From the NCBI RefSeq assembly GCF_011386835.1, contig NC_088814.1, positions 434,001-498,000 of the forward strand: a DNA stretch of 64,000 nucleotides, given 5' to 3'. Below, in pieces: positions 41,731 through 54,159 of this stretch. This stretch comes from Chrysemys picta bellii (taxonomy: Eukaryota). Each line of letters starts with the position of its first letter. Within the stretch, counting starts at the first letter, position 1. The notes under the pieces are model-generated. The model was given only the letters and a program-made list of their open reading frames with translations. It did not search any database and had not been told where the DNA came from. The position numbers and the translations under genes were made by a program.

Positions 41731-43317
41731 TATCCAGATTTAGGGTATGATTTCGAAAAGTGCCTAAGTTACTTTGCCCCTGATTTTCAATGGACTGTGT
41801 GCTCCTAACTCAATTAGGTGGACACGTTGAAATTCCCATCTTTAGCTTTTTCAAATGTCTCCTTAGGAGTCAATGGCTCCTTTCTGAACTCCTTCCTGTA
41901 TGTCAATATGGTGCTCAGAACCATCCCAGGTGCATTTTCCCTAGAGCTGCACAGAGGGACACTATGACCTGCCTGCTCCTTGGTCTCTGCGTATACAGAC
42001 TCAAACATTGCACCAGCCCAAAATAAGAAGCAGCATCAGTTTGAAAATAGCTTCTTCTCCTATAAGAGGCATCGCAAAGAGTTAAAGGGAGCTTCTGGCT
42101 TCACATCAATCCACAGCAGCTGCTCAGGTTGTTGTTATTCTGCAGCTAGACAACGTGCTCACGGGGATTCGGGCTTTAGGCAAAAGCTTATATGAAAGCT
42201 GGCATTACACTGGAATCTCATCACCGAGAGCAAAGCTCTGCTTGTGGTTTCTTTCAAGCCTATTTCAATTCACCTCCTCTCACAAACAAAACAATCTATG
42301 TTTTCTTCATTCCACACGACTCTCGTTAAACACAAACAAGGTTTTCTGCAGATGAGCAAATCTGCACGAGGGATTTTATCTAGCAGTGGAGCAAGGTGAG
42401 ATGTTAACCCACCTGGGAGATCCCATCACTGCAGCAGAGCAGGTCCCACCTGTTCACAATATGTTTATTGTGTATCTCCATCAATAATCCAGCGGATAAT
42501 ATATCATTCAAATGCAGCTACACAATGCACCAAATTGGCCAAAGCATACCAATGGAGCAGCACCCAGGCCCCAGTGGTTGGGGTGGTGATGACACACTGC
42601 ACACTGGGATAGCAATGGGACAGTGCCTGAGCCCCAGCAAGTGTGCCAGGCAGGGCCAGGGCTTCCTTGTGCTTAGTGCTGCACAAACACATAGAGACAG
42701 TCCCTGCCCACAGCGATCACGTCCCAGATCCTGGAGAGGCAGGGGGCACTGCATGGAGCCCAGTAGACGGGGGAGTTTGAGGATGGTAGCTCACACATAT
42801 TGACAAATTCTGTGCCTTCACATGATGGAAATCCTGAGGTGGACAGAGAGAAGCTGCCAAAATATCCCCTGGCACTCACATGGCTTGAGGTATTTCCATC
42901 TCATTTTATTCTGCATATAGGGAGAGACTTTCAAAAGTACAAATTGGAGTTAATGGGAATTGGGGAGCTGATTTTTCCCGGAAGTTGGGAGCCAAGCCTT
43001 TGAGAATAATTCCTATTGTGGACACTGGAGCAGCACCAGGCATCGAAGTGTGTGTATCTGGAGTGTGCAAGTTATTTTCTGCTTAAAATTATTTGCTCTC
43101 CAAATGCACCAAAGCAGTGAAAACCCAGCAGAGAAAAGGCTTCAAGACAGAGATGTAGTCTTGACATCAAAATCAATGAGAAACCAGTAAATGCTAAAAT
43201 TCAGCACCAAGCATGCTACAAGCAAAAAGGCAGCAAGGATGGTCCCTCGTTCCCATGGCTGTATTTCTGTTAGTATATTTTTATGCTAGATTGCACCTGT
43301 CTTTGGACCCTTAATAT

Positions 43318-43440
43318 GGGTCCTGATCCGGCTCCACCCTTGACTCACTGTGTGACCTTAGACCAATTTGTGCTTCTTTTATCAAAAAATCCAGGGTAAT
43401 AATGATACTAACCTACTTCAGAGAGGGGTTGTAAGGGATC
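43318..43440 (+). mobile_element. MIR SINE fragment
   Basis: TGACTCACTGTGTGACCTTAG...GTAATAATGATACTAACCTACTTCAGAGAGGGGTTGTAAGGGAT. Confidence 0.7.
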
Positions 43441-45289
43441 AAGCCTGAAAGACCGTGCTCCTCTCTGGTGAATGGTTCACTTCAGCTCTGCGCCAGTAAT
43501 GCTTCCTGCAGAACATACCCCAGAATGACCCCTAGGGAGAAGGCCCAGGGGTCCAAGGGTCTCTCTTTCGTACCAGATTTCTTTCCAGTCTGGAAATCTG
43601 GAGGAAGAGTGGGAGTGAAGACACTGGAATGAAAGAGGCTGCCATATAAAACTAGGCCCTTCACGGGGAGGTGGCAGGACAGGATATGTGGAAAAGGCTT
43701 TGCCCTCTTCAATTAGGACGTGTGACAGCCACAGGAAATGACATACCTCTGTAATCTTCAGAGTAGCACTCACCTGCCAAATGGCAACTCGTCTCCAAGG
43801 GATCCTACTGGGGTTTCACACCTGAGCGTGCCAGAAATTACAGACCGAGCGCCCAATTATCAAAGACTGTATAATTACCAGAGGAGTTACCCTGAGCAGG
43901 CTAGACTGTCCTTTAAAGGGGACACTATTGTTCCATGGGCCAGAGAAACATGATTTAAATACAAACCATGGGAGCAATGCAGCATTATGGCTGAGATTTC
44001 TCTCTCTCTGACATATCTGTACTTCCAGTGCGGGGATAAATGGCAAGCAGGACATTCAGAAAGGGGTCCCAGTGGCAGAGATTCAGAGGGAAGGCAGAAT
44101 AATGGAAGCCTAACACCTCGATCCCATCCCCAGGTTCAGACGTTACGGATGCTGGATCCAGAACAGATCTCGGCTCCATTCCTGCTCTTTGCAGGGACTC
44201 ATCTCACACAGCAACCGCACAGGGTATTTTCAGTCTGTTCTTTCATTGCAGACAATCACCAGGCAGACCGTTATCAAAGCAGCCAGCCTATGTTACAGAC
44301 AGTGACCAGTCTGTGCTTGACGGTGAGCCTCCTCCGCAGCTCCCTGACCTCACATCTCTCCAGACTGACAGGGGGGAAGTTGCAGTAAATCACAGGCTGT
44401 TCTGCAATGGAGGAGTAAAGAGAATCTGCTCCCTTTTTACCTAGAAAGAGTAGGTAATCATTGGACCCTCCTGGGCCAGCCAGGTTAGGGGAGAGGAGAC
44501 AGTAAATGGCACCTGAGTGCTGAGAAGGAACCTGTGGGCTGGAAAAACGCAGGGGCGAGGGAGCATCACAGAATGCTTTGTGTCATTGGGGATTTAAAAT
44601 TGAGGGTCAGAGCTAAGTAGGAAGCAGAATGTGAGAGAGGGTTAATGGCTGCTGTGCAGTCAGCGGAATGAGTCTGTAATGTGCCATAGCAGCCCTGGCA
44701 TATGGCCTGCAGCTCCCCCTCTGCAGCCCTGACTGGGCTACTCTGACTATCAGTTCTCCAAGGGGCCCTCAGAATAAACTGCAAGCCACAAACTCCCAGG
44801 CCAGGGCAGCCACAGTCTGAGCCAATGGCCATTGGTGGGGTGGGGATGCTGCACCTACTCAGGAAGCTAGAATCCATGGACTGTGTTCACCTTTTGTCGG
44901 CTGATTCCTTTTGTCATTGGGGAAGGTGACGCCGAGGGATCCACAGTTTATCAGTCTCAGTTACAAACTCACAGCAAGGTGAGACCCCGAATGGGTGAAG
45001 GAGTCACCCAGCAGGTTGTACAGCCCATGTTTTTACAGCAGCCCTGGTGCATGGCATGTCAGCCATGCCAATCTGCCGTCAGACCCCTCGCCGTCCAGGG
45101 GACACTGGCACCAATGATCTGGCCCCACCTTTTGCACTCATCCTTTGCTAAGTGGAGATATAAGTAGCAGACGGATCTCCCCACCTGACCGATCATCGGT
45201 CAGTCACTATTGAAATGTTGACCCACGCCTCTGATTGGCCCATAATGCCAGCCTCTGTCGCCCACTTGTTACATCTGCAAATGAGCACT

Positions 45290-45665
45290 TTTGTGCTTTC
45301 TCCCGGGCTCTCCTCTTGCTTGGGAAGAGCTCTCCAAAAAACATCCACAAAGCTACTTCATTGTCCACCTTCAGAGCCCTTCTCAAAACTCCCCTTCACT
45401 GTGATGCCTACAAAAACCTTGGCAATGGTTTGACCGCTGGTGCGCTGAGACCACTGCCTGTCATGCTGGCCAATAGTGTCTCATTGTTTCCTTGTGCTCC
45501 CCCATCTGTCTGTCTGTCTCCAGCTGTTGTCTCCTGTTACCCTCAGATCGTCAGCTCTTTGGGGCAGAGTTGGCCTTTTTGTATTGTGTTTGTATGGCGT
45601 CTAGCACCATGGGGGCCTGGCCTATGACCGGGGCTCCTTGGCACTATGGTAGGAGAAATAATAAT
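45290..45665 (+). mobile_element. L2 LINE 3' end
   Basis: CCTTCAGAGCCCTTCTCAAAACTCCCCTTC...GATCGTCAGCTCTTTGGGGCAGAG...GTATGGCGTCTAGCACCATGGG...AATAATAAT. Confidence 0.75.
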
Positions 45666-45831
45666 GTGGATTTACCACACTGATGTCATGTTCAGCCACT
45701 AACTTCTCCATAAAGCTATCTAGTTAACTTCACCACCAGATCCTCTGTCAATATACTGAGCTGGTGAGCAGCAGGACAATGGTCTCGCTCCTTGGAATCT
45801 TCTGCTTTGAACCATGGTTTATGGACGTGGG

Positions 45832-45968
45832 CAGGGACGTTGGAACAATTTGTATAGTGGGGGGGCTGAGAGACATCAAACCAAACTGCAAACCCTGGAT
45901 ATGATGGAAACCACTTCAAGCCAGGGGTTGCGGCAGTCCCCCCAGCACCCCAAGTTCCAGCACCCCTA
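45832..45968. mobile_element. hAT MITE, same family as 40303-40438, opposite orientation
   Basis: TIRs CAGGGACGTTGGAAC / GTTCCAGCACCCCTA; TSD GACGTGGG / GAAGTGGG (7/8); interior is the reverse complement of the 40303 copy. Confidence 0.88.
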
Positions 45969-46872
45969 GAAGTGGGTGCTCGTGATTCTTCTATGCAGTT
46001 TAGTCCTCGTAAGTCTCCTTTGTGCAGGACGTACAAGGTGTACAAATAACCCAGCTATCTGGCAGAGGGGCTCGCAGATCAGCGCCCCTTGTTCAGATGT
46101 CCATGTGCTGACCCCTAACAGGTGCAGCTACAGAAGACGTGCCCTTAAGTAATCCATACTAGCAGAGTGTGATTTTTGTCTCTCTCTAGTGGCTATGAGC
46201 CTTCTAGAGCTGCCAGTTGGAGAAGTTACTGAGGTAGTAGAGGTGCATGCTTAGTACTGAAGGCCCTAGGTTCGAACTCTGCTGATGACTCAAGGAGGGG
46301 GGCCATTATGAAAAGTTGGTACTAGGTCATACCTACTCCTAAGCATACGTTGTGCCTCATAGTCTGTCAGGTTCAGGACCAAGGCTGGAGAAGCTTTATG
46401 GGCCACCCATACCCCAACAGGCCTTGTGGCTTGAAGAGGCTAAATTAGATGGACTCTAGAAAGGAGCAGCAAAGAGAGAGAATCTTCCCTCCCCACCGAC
46501 ACAGACAGCAGCAGAGCCTGCTCCATTGTGACAGCCTCATTACGGTGATTAAATTGTCCAGCGATGGTGACAGATTGGGCGATGCAGGAGGCAGGTTAAA
46601 AACAAACCAAGGCGGCTCATAAAATATTCAGCATCTTACTCAGCAAACAAAGTAACCCATCCATCACTCCCAAGGCTGTCAGGGCGCATCACAGTCCCGC
46701 AAGGTGGGCTTCCTCGATAAGACAAAGACAGACTCTGCCAGGATGAGATCATTATTAGCCAGCTGTTAACTGCCCTCATTTGCATCTCTATGTTTTTAAT
46801 TATTAGCATAAACTGAAGGAGGTGGAATGGTCTGATGTGACCCAGCCACTTTGTTTCCAGCAGAACCAGGCC

Positions 46873-46998
46873 AATCTGGTTCAATCAGCGCCACACTGGT
46901 CTGGCTCAACCAGTGCCAGACTAGACTCCCAGTGGCAGACCGTTCTGGTTCCACAAGTGCCAGACTGGACTCCCAGTGCTGGACTAATCTGGTTCCAC
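46873..46998. repeat. Degenerate 44-bp tandem repeat
   Basis: Units start at 46900, 46944 and 46988 (TCTGG(C/T)TC.AC.AGTGCCAGACT(A/G)GACTCCCAGTG). Confidence 0.8.
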
Positions 46999-47151
46999 TT
47001 GTACTGAGTTGGTTCCTGGCAGTGCCTTCATGGCAGAAGCCTCCTGGATATCCATGCACTTATTTTAACGGATATGTTACATCATACATGCCCTTCGCTG
47101 TCTGTTGAGGATGAACTAGATGCCCCACCTGTGTTCCAGAGGCAAGCTGGG

Positions 47152-47812
47152 TCATAGAATCATAGAAGATTAGGGTTGGAAGACACCTCAGGAGGTGTCT
47201 AGTCCAACCCCCTCCTCCAAGCAGGACCAACCCCAACTAAATCATCCCAGCCAGGGCTTTGTCAAGCCGGGCCATAAAAACCTCTAAGGATGGAGATTCC
47301 ACAACCTCCCCAGGGAACCCATTCCAGTGCTTCACCACCCTCCTAGTGAAATAGTGTTTCCTAATATCCAACCTAGACCTCTCCCACTGCAACTTGAGAC
47401 CATTACTCCTTGTTCTGTCATCTGGTACCACTGAGAACAGCCGAGCTCCATCCTCTTTGGAACCCCCTTCAGGTAGTTGAAGGCTGCAATCAAATCCCCC
47501 CTCACTCTTCTTTTCTGCAGACTAAATAAGCCCAGTTCCCTCAGCCTCTCCTCATAACTCATGTGCTCCAGCCCCCTAATCATTTTCGTTGCCCTCCGCT
47601 GGACTCCCTCCAATTTGTCCACATCCTTTCAGTAGTTGGGGCCCCAAATCTGGATGCAATACTCTAGATGTGGCCTCACCCGTGCGGAATAGAGGGGAAT
47701 AATCACTTCCCTCGATCGGCTGGCAACGCTCCTACTAAGGCAGCCCAATATGCCGTTAGCTTTCTTGGCAACAAGGGCACACTGCTGACTCCTATCCAGC
47801 TTCTCGTCCACT
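47152..47812 (-). mobile_element. Young 5'-truncated CR1 LINE (same subfamily as 21800-22854)
   Basis: (ATTCTATG)2 tail at 47152-47168; [11 protein letters not shown]...[34 protein letters not shown] with frameshifts. Confidence 0.95.
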
Positions 47813-50800
47813 CTGAGCTCCCCACCAAGTTGTGGGGTAGGAGAGTCACTTCTCTCCCTGCGAGTGCCAGTAGCCGACTGCATGTAAGCCCCCAAAACAA
47901 GAGGATTCCAGCTATAACAAGAGGATGTAGCTTCAACCCAGGCTGCTTAGGTACCTAGCACACATGTGTATGTTCTCCAGAGCTGTGTGAGTTCACCTCA
48001 GCTCTATCAGTCCCCTGTGCCGCTGGCCCTCCGGGGCAGGGCTCTGTAACTGATCACACATATTTTCCTGTTTCACCATGCCACATAAACAACACGAAAT
48101 CCAATGCCTCGACTGCCTTCCTCAAGTGGGTACCATGACTCAGTGACCTGTTCCCTGGGAGGGCCTGGCTGCAAGCAGAGCAGAATTCAGCACCGTGCCA
48201 GGCACAAAAAAATATTTTGTTAAATAATCTTGGATGGTCAGATTCTGACCCACTTACTCATGCCGAATAGAACCCCATGCACAAGTGATGCCATTGACTT
48301 CAGTGAGACAGCTCCAGCCCCGGGAGCGAGGGACTACGTGACCTGAGAAAGAGCATCAGAAACAGGCCCTTCCTACCGAAAATCTGCAAAGACATGGAGC
48401 ACCGCTGGTCTAGGTAGAACAGCCACTTTGCTGGAGAGTTTTCTGAGCCCCATAAAGAGTCAGGCACTCGAGATTTTCTGAAAACAAAACTGAAGCAAAG
48501 GCATCAGACAGTGTTGCCTCTGCAGCCAAAGGGATTGTCCCAGCGAGCTGTGCCACTAACGGGTTTGAAAGCCTGTGCCAGTGGGTGGGGCATTGATAAA
48601 CAACAGCCTCCCAGTGACCATAAGACTCCTTTCTCTCCCCTAAGGGCAGCTGTTGCAGCTATCCGTCCATCCTAGGGTTTTATTCTGGCAGACTGTCATA
48701 GTGAGCACGTCATGGAGTCATGAGCCCTTCTCCCTTCCTGCTTGGGGTAGGAGATTCCTTTCGGGGGCTGGGGGTGGGGTAGAGGGCGTGGTGGTTATTG
48801 CTGCTCTCTGCTCCATGTGCCTATCCCAGCACTAAGCCGCAGCCCAGTGCGGACACTGGAGGTGTCTCATTGGCATTCCCGGTGCTCAGGAGAGATGGCA
48901 GTGACTAATGCTGAGAACGACGCACGCAGGGAGGAGTGCCAGGCGATGAACTCTCTCTGAATGAAAGTGCTTGCATCTCACACACCTTTCCCTTAGGTGA
49001 GCAGGTCACTGGCGCCCTCTCTCATAGGAAAGAGGGGAGGGGAGTCAGCATTTGAGGTATTATTTGAAAGAGAAAACAAACAGCTTCTGTCAGGTTTGAG
49101 GGGCAGCCTCTCTGGAAAGGGTGACGTACTTGGAGAAAGAGAGGGAAAGGACAGGCTTTGGCATCCGACCAGACATTCCATCTGCCTTCATGCCTGTCCA
49201 GCTGCCTTGCGACTGGCATTCCTTGCTGCTGAAGCCTTGCCAGTCCTGCCCCTCTCTAGCGGCAGTCTGGAGAATGAGGGAGTGTGCGTCACACGCCTCG
49301 TGAACACTGTATTGTTCAGGTGCTATTGTCACTATTAACACACGCACGTGGCCCTGTAGCGTGGATTAAACATGAGGAACAAAAAACTGAATCGCCCAGC
49401 ACACTACATAGGTGCAGAGTGAGCCCTGGACTGGGCAGGGGATTCTTCAGGAAGCTTTCTGAAAATTGCTTGGTGCAGGAATTCAAGGTGACCATATTTC
49501 CCAAAGGGAAAACGGGACACCCCCAGTCACTTACCCAAGCCTCTCCCCTCCCCACCTCCCCCCACATGAGGTTGTTGCCCAGTCTCTGGCCCCCTGCCGG
49601 CCCCCTGCCTGCTGGAAGGCTGCCTCCCCATCTGGCATCTCCACTCCCACCCCCTCACATTGCTCCGCACTGCATCCCACTATTTTTTTTTTTTTTTTTA
49701 CAAAAGTGGACATTTGTTTAGTTTGCTTTTGCCAACCGATCCAGTCAACAAGAGCAAATGGGACAAAAGCCCACTTTTGCCAAAAAAGTTGGCATGGCCA
49801 GGACAGGGCTTAAAAAAGGGACTGTCTTGGCACAACTGAACGTATGGTTACCCTATGCAGGATGCTAGCACGGGGTGTACACTGCAGGATGTTCCTCCCA
49901 ATTTCTACCCGCATGTGAGGTGAGCTACATCGTGAGCTGCAGGTGCAAAGGCTGCTTTTGCTGCTGCCAGTTATTCTGATGTTACTAAGTGGTAGTTGTG
50001 TGCATGGGGCTGTATAAACAGGTGACCATGAGCCAACAGGATGTAGCACCATTTCTGGCAGTGCCACAGGCTTTCATAATGAGAACAGGGGAGACTCTGG
50101 TTTGTTGTCTCAAGGGATGATTTTCAAAGGCACAAATGGTAGTTGGATGCCTAGTGCTCGCTGACGTTCCATGGCAGCTAGGCACCTAAAACCCTCGCTG
50201 GCTGGGTCCTTCTCACAACTAAGCCTGCCTGGCTGAGATGAAAGCTTTTCACTTGCTCACAAACCTGTTAAGAGATTTCCTTTCTTCAGGGCTAGTGTGT
50301 TTCCAGCATCTCCTTTTCAGTGGGGCCCTAAAGCTGCCGCTCTGGTGCATCAGAGGTGATGCTTTTTTCTGCCAGCAAGTCACGATCTGAACCTGTTACT
50401 GGTAACCCGCCCACATGTGCTCTAGGCTACAGTCCTGCTGGGTCTGATATCTGCTCTTCTCAAGCCACAGCTCAAGGCCTGACCCTTTAATTAAACCATC
50501 AGCAAATCTTAACCTCAGAGTTCACAGTCTGAGATTATTATTACAAATCCTGAGTCAAAACCTGTGAGCCAGGATGATAAATAACTGCAACCGGCAGGGC
50601 AGAAGGTCCCTGCTCAAAATTCTTGCTTTGCACTTCAGCAAACGTAGCTGGTTTATGTGCTGGATCTTTGAACTATTGGTATCAGCTTCCTAAATCTTAT
50701 CCCCATGCACTGAATTGCCAGTTGTGTTTGTGAATCAATATTCTACTTGCAGTTCTAGACAACAGTATGCAGCCTTCAAAGGAAGAATTCTATGTGCACA

Positions 50801-51364
50801 AACATACAGAGAAATCACACAGAGCACTGTGTGTATCTTAATGTCTCTTGGGCTGATTAACAGTGGAAAATGTTTTTATCCTTCAAACCTGTGGATCTGT
50901 TACTGAAGCAACATTATTCATTCTAAGGCCAGAATTAGAATGGAATTTATGTGATCTGAACACTGACACCTTAATGAATCTGATAGGTTACGGCCCATAA
51001 ATCATGTGTTGGGATGTAAATTACTATGCTAGATTCATTCCACCGCTGGTATTCACACAGTGAACTTTCTGACCCACTCCAGAGGGATATTAAGAAAACA
51101 CAAATGGAGAATGAATTGCCACAGCACAGGAAATGTTCCATTTGGAGCCAGTTCTGTGGGATTTCTTTAAAGAGATGCTAGACAAGTGTGTTTATACCCA
51201 ACTCCAATGAGAAGTCAGCGTTATAGTAAGTGGGGGAGAGCTTGGCTATGTATACATGGCAATCCAAATCTCTCCTTGGCTGAGGCCTGGCAAAGAAAGT
51301 TGGTGATACCGGTGCACACAGACAATAGCCTGCATGCTTTGCAGCTCCAGAGGCCGTTTTCCAA

Positions 51365-52115
51365 AACATGGCACCCATTAAATGGATTAAAAACTGGCTA
51401 ACTGATAGGTCTCAAAATGTACCTGTAAACAGAGAATTGCCATCAATCAAGCATGCTTCCAGTGGAGTCCTACAGGGATCAATTCTTCCCCCTATGCTAT
51501 TTGACATCTTTATCAATGACTTGGAAATAAACATAAAATCATCACTGATAAAGTTTGCACATGACACAAATATTGGAAGAGTGGCAAATAAAGAAGAGGG
51601 CAGGTCACTGATTCAGAGGTCTAGATCGCTTGGTAAACTGGGCACAAGCAAACAATAGCCATTTTAATACCGCTAAATATAAATGTATACATCAGAGACC
51701 AAAGAACATCAGCCATACTTACAGAATGGGGGACTGTGTCCTGGGAAGCCGTCACTCTGAAAAAGATTTGGACATTGTGGCGGATAATGAGCTGAACAGG
51801 AGCTCCCAGTGGGACACTGTGGCCAAAAGAGCTGATGTGATCATGGGGTGCATAAAAAGGGGAATTTCAAGCAGGAGTAAAGAGGTTGTTTTACCTCTCT
51901 ATTTGGTATTGGTGCAATGGCTGCAGGTCTGGTGCCCACAATTCAAGAAGGAAGTTGATAAATTGGAGAGGGTTCAAAGAAGAGCCACTGGAATGATTAA
52001 AGGATTAGAAAACCTGCCTTATAGTGATTGACTCAAGGAACTCAATCTATTTAGCTTAACAAAGATCAGGTTAAGGGGTGACTTGATTACAGTCTATAAG
52101 TACCTACATGGGGAA
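51365..52115 (+). mobile_element. CR1 LINE RT fragment (older subfamily)
   Basis: WIKNWLTDRSQNV...SGVLQGSILPPMLFDIFINDLE...KFAHDTNIG; DKLERVQRRATGMIKGLENLPYS; frameshifted. Confidence 0.93.
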
Positions 52116-53379
52116 CTGTGATGGGGCAGCTGCCCCACACTAGCAGAAAAGGGGTTAAAAGCAGCCCTAGGGGTCCTGCAAAGCGTCTTCAGATTTAGGA
52201 CCACAGCTTGACTTCTCTGCTGGGCCAAACTTTGAGATAAAATTAGTTTCCTGCTTTTAGTTTTGTGCTCTGGGCTTCATGAGTCTCAGTGCATGGGAAG
52301 GGCAGGGTGACCCTTCACTCAGAGACACTCTGGTAAATCAGGTAAGAGCTAACAGGGGAGAACCAGTTAACCTTCTGGGCTGACAGCACCTTCCGCTAAT
52401 AGGACTGGGCTTATGGCTGAGCCTAAAGGAACATCTGTAAAATTCCTCTACTGAAGGGTGGATTTCATATGCCTCTAGAGCTAAGGCAATACACCAGCTT
52501 GTATCCACTCTCTGAGGCTGTTCTTAGCTCCCCTTCCAGAACAGCATGTCAGCAATCACGCCTGCCTTTAGAGCCTAGAGAGAAATGCTAATAGCAGACA
52601 TGCCTGCTAAATGCAGGGGGGTTTCCATCCAAACACACGGGGGAGGGGGGGTCCTATCTAGACACACCCATGTACTTGGGGGACTTTATCCAAGCACACA
52701 CATAATCTTCACCGCTCCCTTCTGCCAGGGAAACTTACTAATGTTAAGTCCAGAGCAGAAGCCAAACTAATAAAATGAATGTAAATCAAAGACATTTATG
52801 TGAATAATGGCTTTGGAAGCGGCTGCTTCACCAGACATTAGAACGCAGACAGCTTTAGTATCTGCCAGGACAAATTACACCATCGCTGTCAGACTCATTG
52901 CAAAGTTCATGTAAAATATGGCATTGGACACAATTAGCTCTCGTTTTTCATTAGTAAATTATTAACTGAATGAGCAGAGATGATGTGGCATTCAGTTCCG
53001 GTGTTTGTTCTGTATCTGCATGGAAAATCACTTCATTATTCTGAATGGATGAGCCATGTAAAGTACGAGTGCGTGGCACAACCTCCCCCACTACATTATG
53101 AAATATCACACGAAAGTACCTGATGTGTTTTCCTGTCTGTGTGTTGGGAGCAAAGTGACACAGGTAGATTGGGTGCTCCTATTCCTGTCTCTCATGACAC
53201 AAGAACAAAGGGAGACAGTCAATGAGCTTGAAAACTATAATATTTAAAACTGACACCAGGGACCACTTTCAGAATGCACTGTTAGCCTTTGAAACTCACT
53301 GCCACAAGATACAACGGAGGCCAAGAGCAAAGCAGGATCCAGAAAAGGATTGAATTTTCATATATATAACACCACCACC

Positions 53380-53615
53380 CAGAATTGCATTAGTTCTGAT
53401 GGGTGTGAGGGTGCATGGGGTCAAAAGCCTCATGCTTCAGGGAATAAGCCAGTTTCTAACTAGTTAGGTTCAGAAAAAAATCTCTCTGTGGGCATGTTGC
53501 TCCATTAATGCCCACTGCAGAATTTCTTGCACCATCTTCTGACACATCCGGTACTGGGCATTGCTGGAGATGGACCCCTGGGGCTGAACCAGTCTATCAG
53601 TTCCTATGTTTCTAT
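53380..53615 (+). mobile_element. CR1 3' UTR/tail fragment
   Basis: ATGCTTCAGGG...CTTCTGACACATCCGGTACTGGGCATTGCTGGAGA...CAGTTCCTATGTTTCTAT. Confidence 0.6.
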
Positions 53616-53668
53616 AAAAAAAAACCTTTGGAATAATTGAAACTGAGCCTGTAGTAGCCATAAGCCAA

Positions 53669-53837
53669 GGGGGCTGCATGGCCCAAAGAACTAGCCGCAG
53701 GCGAGGGAGCCTTTCACCTCTAAGCCACCAGTTCATACCCAGTGCAGGTCGGTAGTGAAAAGAGTTGGGGGGATCTCAGTCCATTTCCTAGTGAGAAGGT
53801 GCTCCCATCTCCACTCGCCCCCTGGTTGGCAACTCAG
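53669..53837 (+). mobile_element. LF-SINE (living-fossil SINE) 5' fragment
   Basis: Blocks GAGCCTTTCACCTCTA (53707-53722), CAGGTCGGTAGTGA (53745-53758), TCTCAGTCCATTTCCTAGTG (53774-53793) and GTTGGCAACTCAG are collinear with the LF-SINE consensus as I recall it, with an internal deletion. Confidence 0.75.
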
Positions 53838-54067
53838 GTGAAATTTAGTCACACGATACCTGTCAATACTGAAAAGACACCAAAGTGATTTGTAATGAGG
53901 GGAAGCTATGGCAGTTCTCATGAGCTATATCCCCTGAGAGGCTCAAATGGGATTCTCCCTCCCCTCACTATCTTTTAGCAGTTTGTTCAATATATTACAG
54001 CACATCCACTTCATCTGGAGCTTCAAGACCCTACAGTGTCCTCCCACTGTCTCCAGGAACGTCACCA

Positions 54068-54159
54068 ATAAGAACATCCACATCGGGTCAGGCAGCCCAA
54101 TGGTCCATCTAGCCCAGTATCCCGTCTTCCGACGGTGGCCAGTGCCAGGTGCTTCAGAG
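54068..54159 (-). mobile_element. CR1 3' tail fragment
   Basis: TAAGAAC...GGGTCAG..CAATGGTCCATCTAGCCCAGTATCCCGTCTTCCGACGGTGGCCAGTGCCAGGTGCTTCAGAG. Confidence 0.8.

Noticed and set aside
46225-46300. tRNA-like GGTTCGAA B-box
   Set aside because: No cloverleaf or matching A-box; at most a degenerate SINE head.
48990-49340. Weak CTCF-like motifs and overlapping ORFs near 49.0-49.3 kb
   Set aside because: The motifs have several mismatches in the core, and the ORFs lack protein-family similarity.
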